Assembly: GCA_964195515.1 (NCBI GenBank)
Contig: CAXMQO010000041.1
Coordinates: 4,368-68,367, forward strand
From: an uncultured Saprospiraceae bacterium
GTDB lineage: Bacteria; Actinomycetota; Acidimicrobiia; Spongiisociales; UBA5794
Length of the DNA stretch: 64,000 nucleotides
Direction: 5' to 3'
The stretch's first letter is position 1, and each line of letters opens with the position of its first letter. This document shows positions 63,678 to 64,000 of the stretch, piece after piece. Made by a program: the position numbers and the translations under genes. The notes beneath the pieces are model-generated. The model was not told the DNA's origin, made no database searches, and worked only from the letters and a program-made list of their open reading frames with translations.

Positions 63678-64000
63678 TCAGTTCTCCTCGTTCTCGTCCT
63701 CGGCGGCGGCATCGGGTACGGTCTCGTCCGTCTCGGCCGGCGCGGGTACTTCTTCGGTATCGGTATCGGCGTCGGGGTCGGCGTCGTCCGGAACCTCGAT
63801 TGTTGGCTCTACATCCTCCGCACCGCTCGCATCCACGACGGTCACTTCGGCGGGGGTGTCAACCGCAACAGCGCCGATTTCTTCCTCTTCCTCGAGGTCG
63901 AGGCCGAGATCCTGACTCTCGGATCGGATGTCGATTCGGTAGCCGGAGAGCCGTGCGGCGAGGCGGGCATTCTGCCCCTCTTTGCCGATGGCAAGCGACA
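63678..64000 (-). CDS. nusA: transcription termination/antitermination factor NusA (3' part only; runs off the window)
   Basis: The minus-strand translation from the window edge reads ..[26 protein letters not shown].. (the KH2 region), then an acidic tail ending ...EDENEEN. The stop TGA 63678-63680 abuts the infB GTG. Confidence 0.75.
   Translation of the reverse strand, partial: SLAIGKEGQNARLAARLSGYRIDIRSESQDLGLDLEEEEEIGAVAVDTPAEVTVVDASGAEDVEPTIEVPDDADPDADTDTEEVPAPAETDETVPDAAAEDENEEN

Noticed and set aside
1-64000. Mobile elements, prophage, a defence island or a biosynthetic gene cluster.
   Set aside because: I found no transposase, integrase, recombinase, phage structural, restriction-modification, Cas, toxin-antitoxin (beyond an RHH protein), NRPS/PKS or RiPP-enzyme signatures in any frame I read.

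Overview
High-GC (~65%) chromosomal segment that looks actinobacterial. This is an inference from gene content: an LCP protein, a mycothiol-type DinB enzyme, DUF4032, ImuA'-ImuB plus DnaE2, and two TCGAAC-N4-GTTCGA LexA boxes. It may belong to Acidimicrobiia. All family calls come from motifs read in the translations and from remembered family signatures; no searches were run. Most of the window is housekeeping. It contains the conserved nusA-infB-DUF503-rbfA-nrnA-truB-ribF-(hydrolase)-rpsO-pnp block at 54-64 kb, a TPP-riboswitch-controlled thiamine salvage operon (thiN-thiBPQ), a split SOS mutasome (dnaE2 at 30-33.5 kb, imuA'-imuB at 51.5-53.7 kb), and ychF, udk, asnA, ferritin, amidase, aminotransferase and threonine aldolase genes. 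I saw no transposase, integrase, CRISPR array, tRNA or rRNA. The observations most worth a second look are listed here.
1. A DUF411/CopG-type lipoprotein gene has an in-frame TGA exactly at the first Cys of its CxCC copper-cluster motif, so it is either a selenocysteine candidate or a fresh pseudogene.
2. An 82-codon ORF for a single-TM protein has its ATG inside the dnaE2 LexA box and runs into an ACT-domain gene, making it a candidate SOS-induced small membrane protein.
3. An orphan CobT/CobS-like pair (HExxH + vWA protein, and an AAA+ protein with apparently swapped Walker A/B residues) is tightly linked to yajQ.
4. AroQ is fused to an alpha/beta-hydrolase domain.
5. Three lipoprotein genes are translationally coupled.
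6. Several structured or repeated intergenic elements and gene remnants are present.
None of these is proven, and I cannot point to a clear, complete novel multi-gene system from sequence alone.
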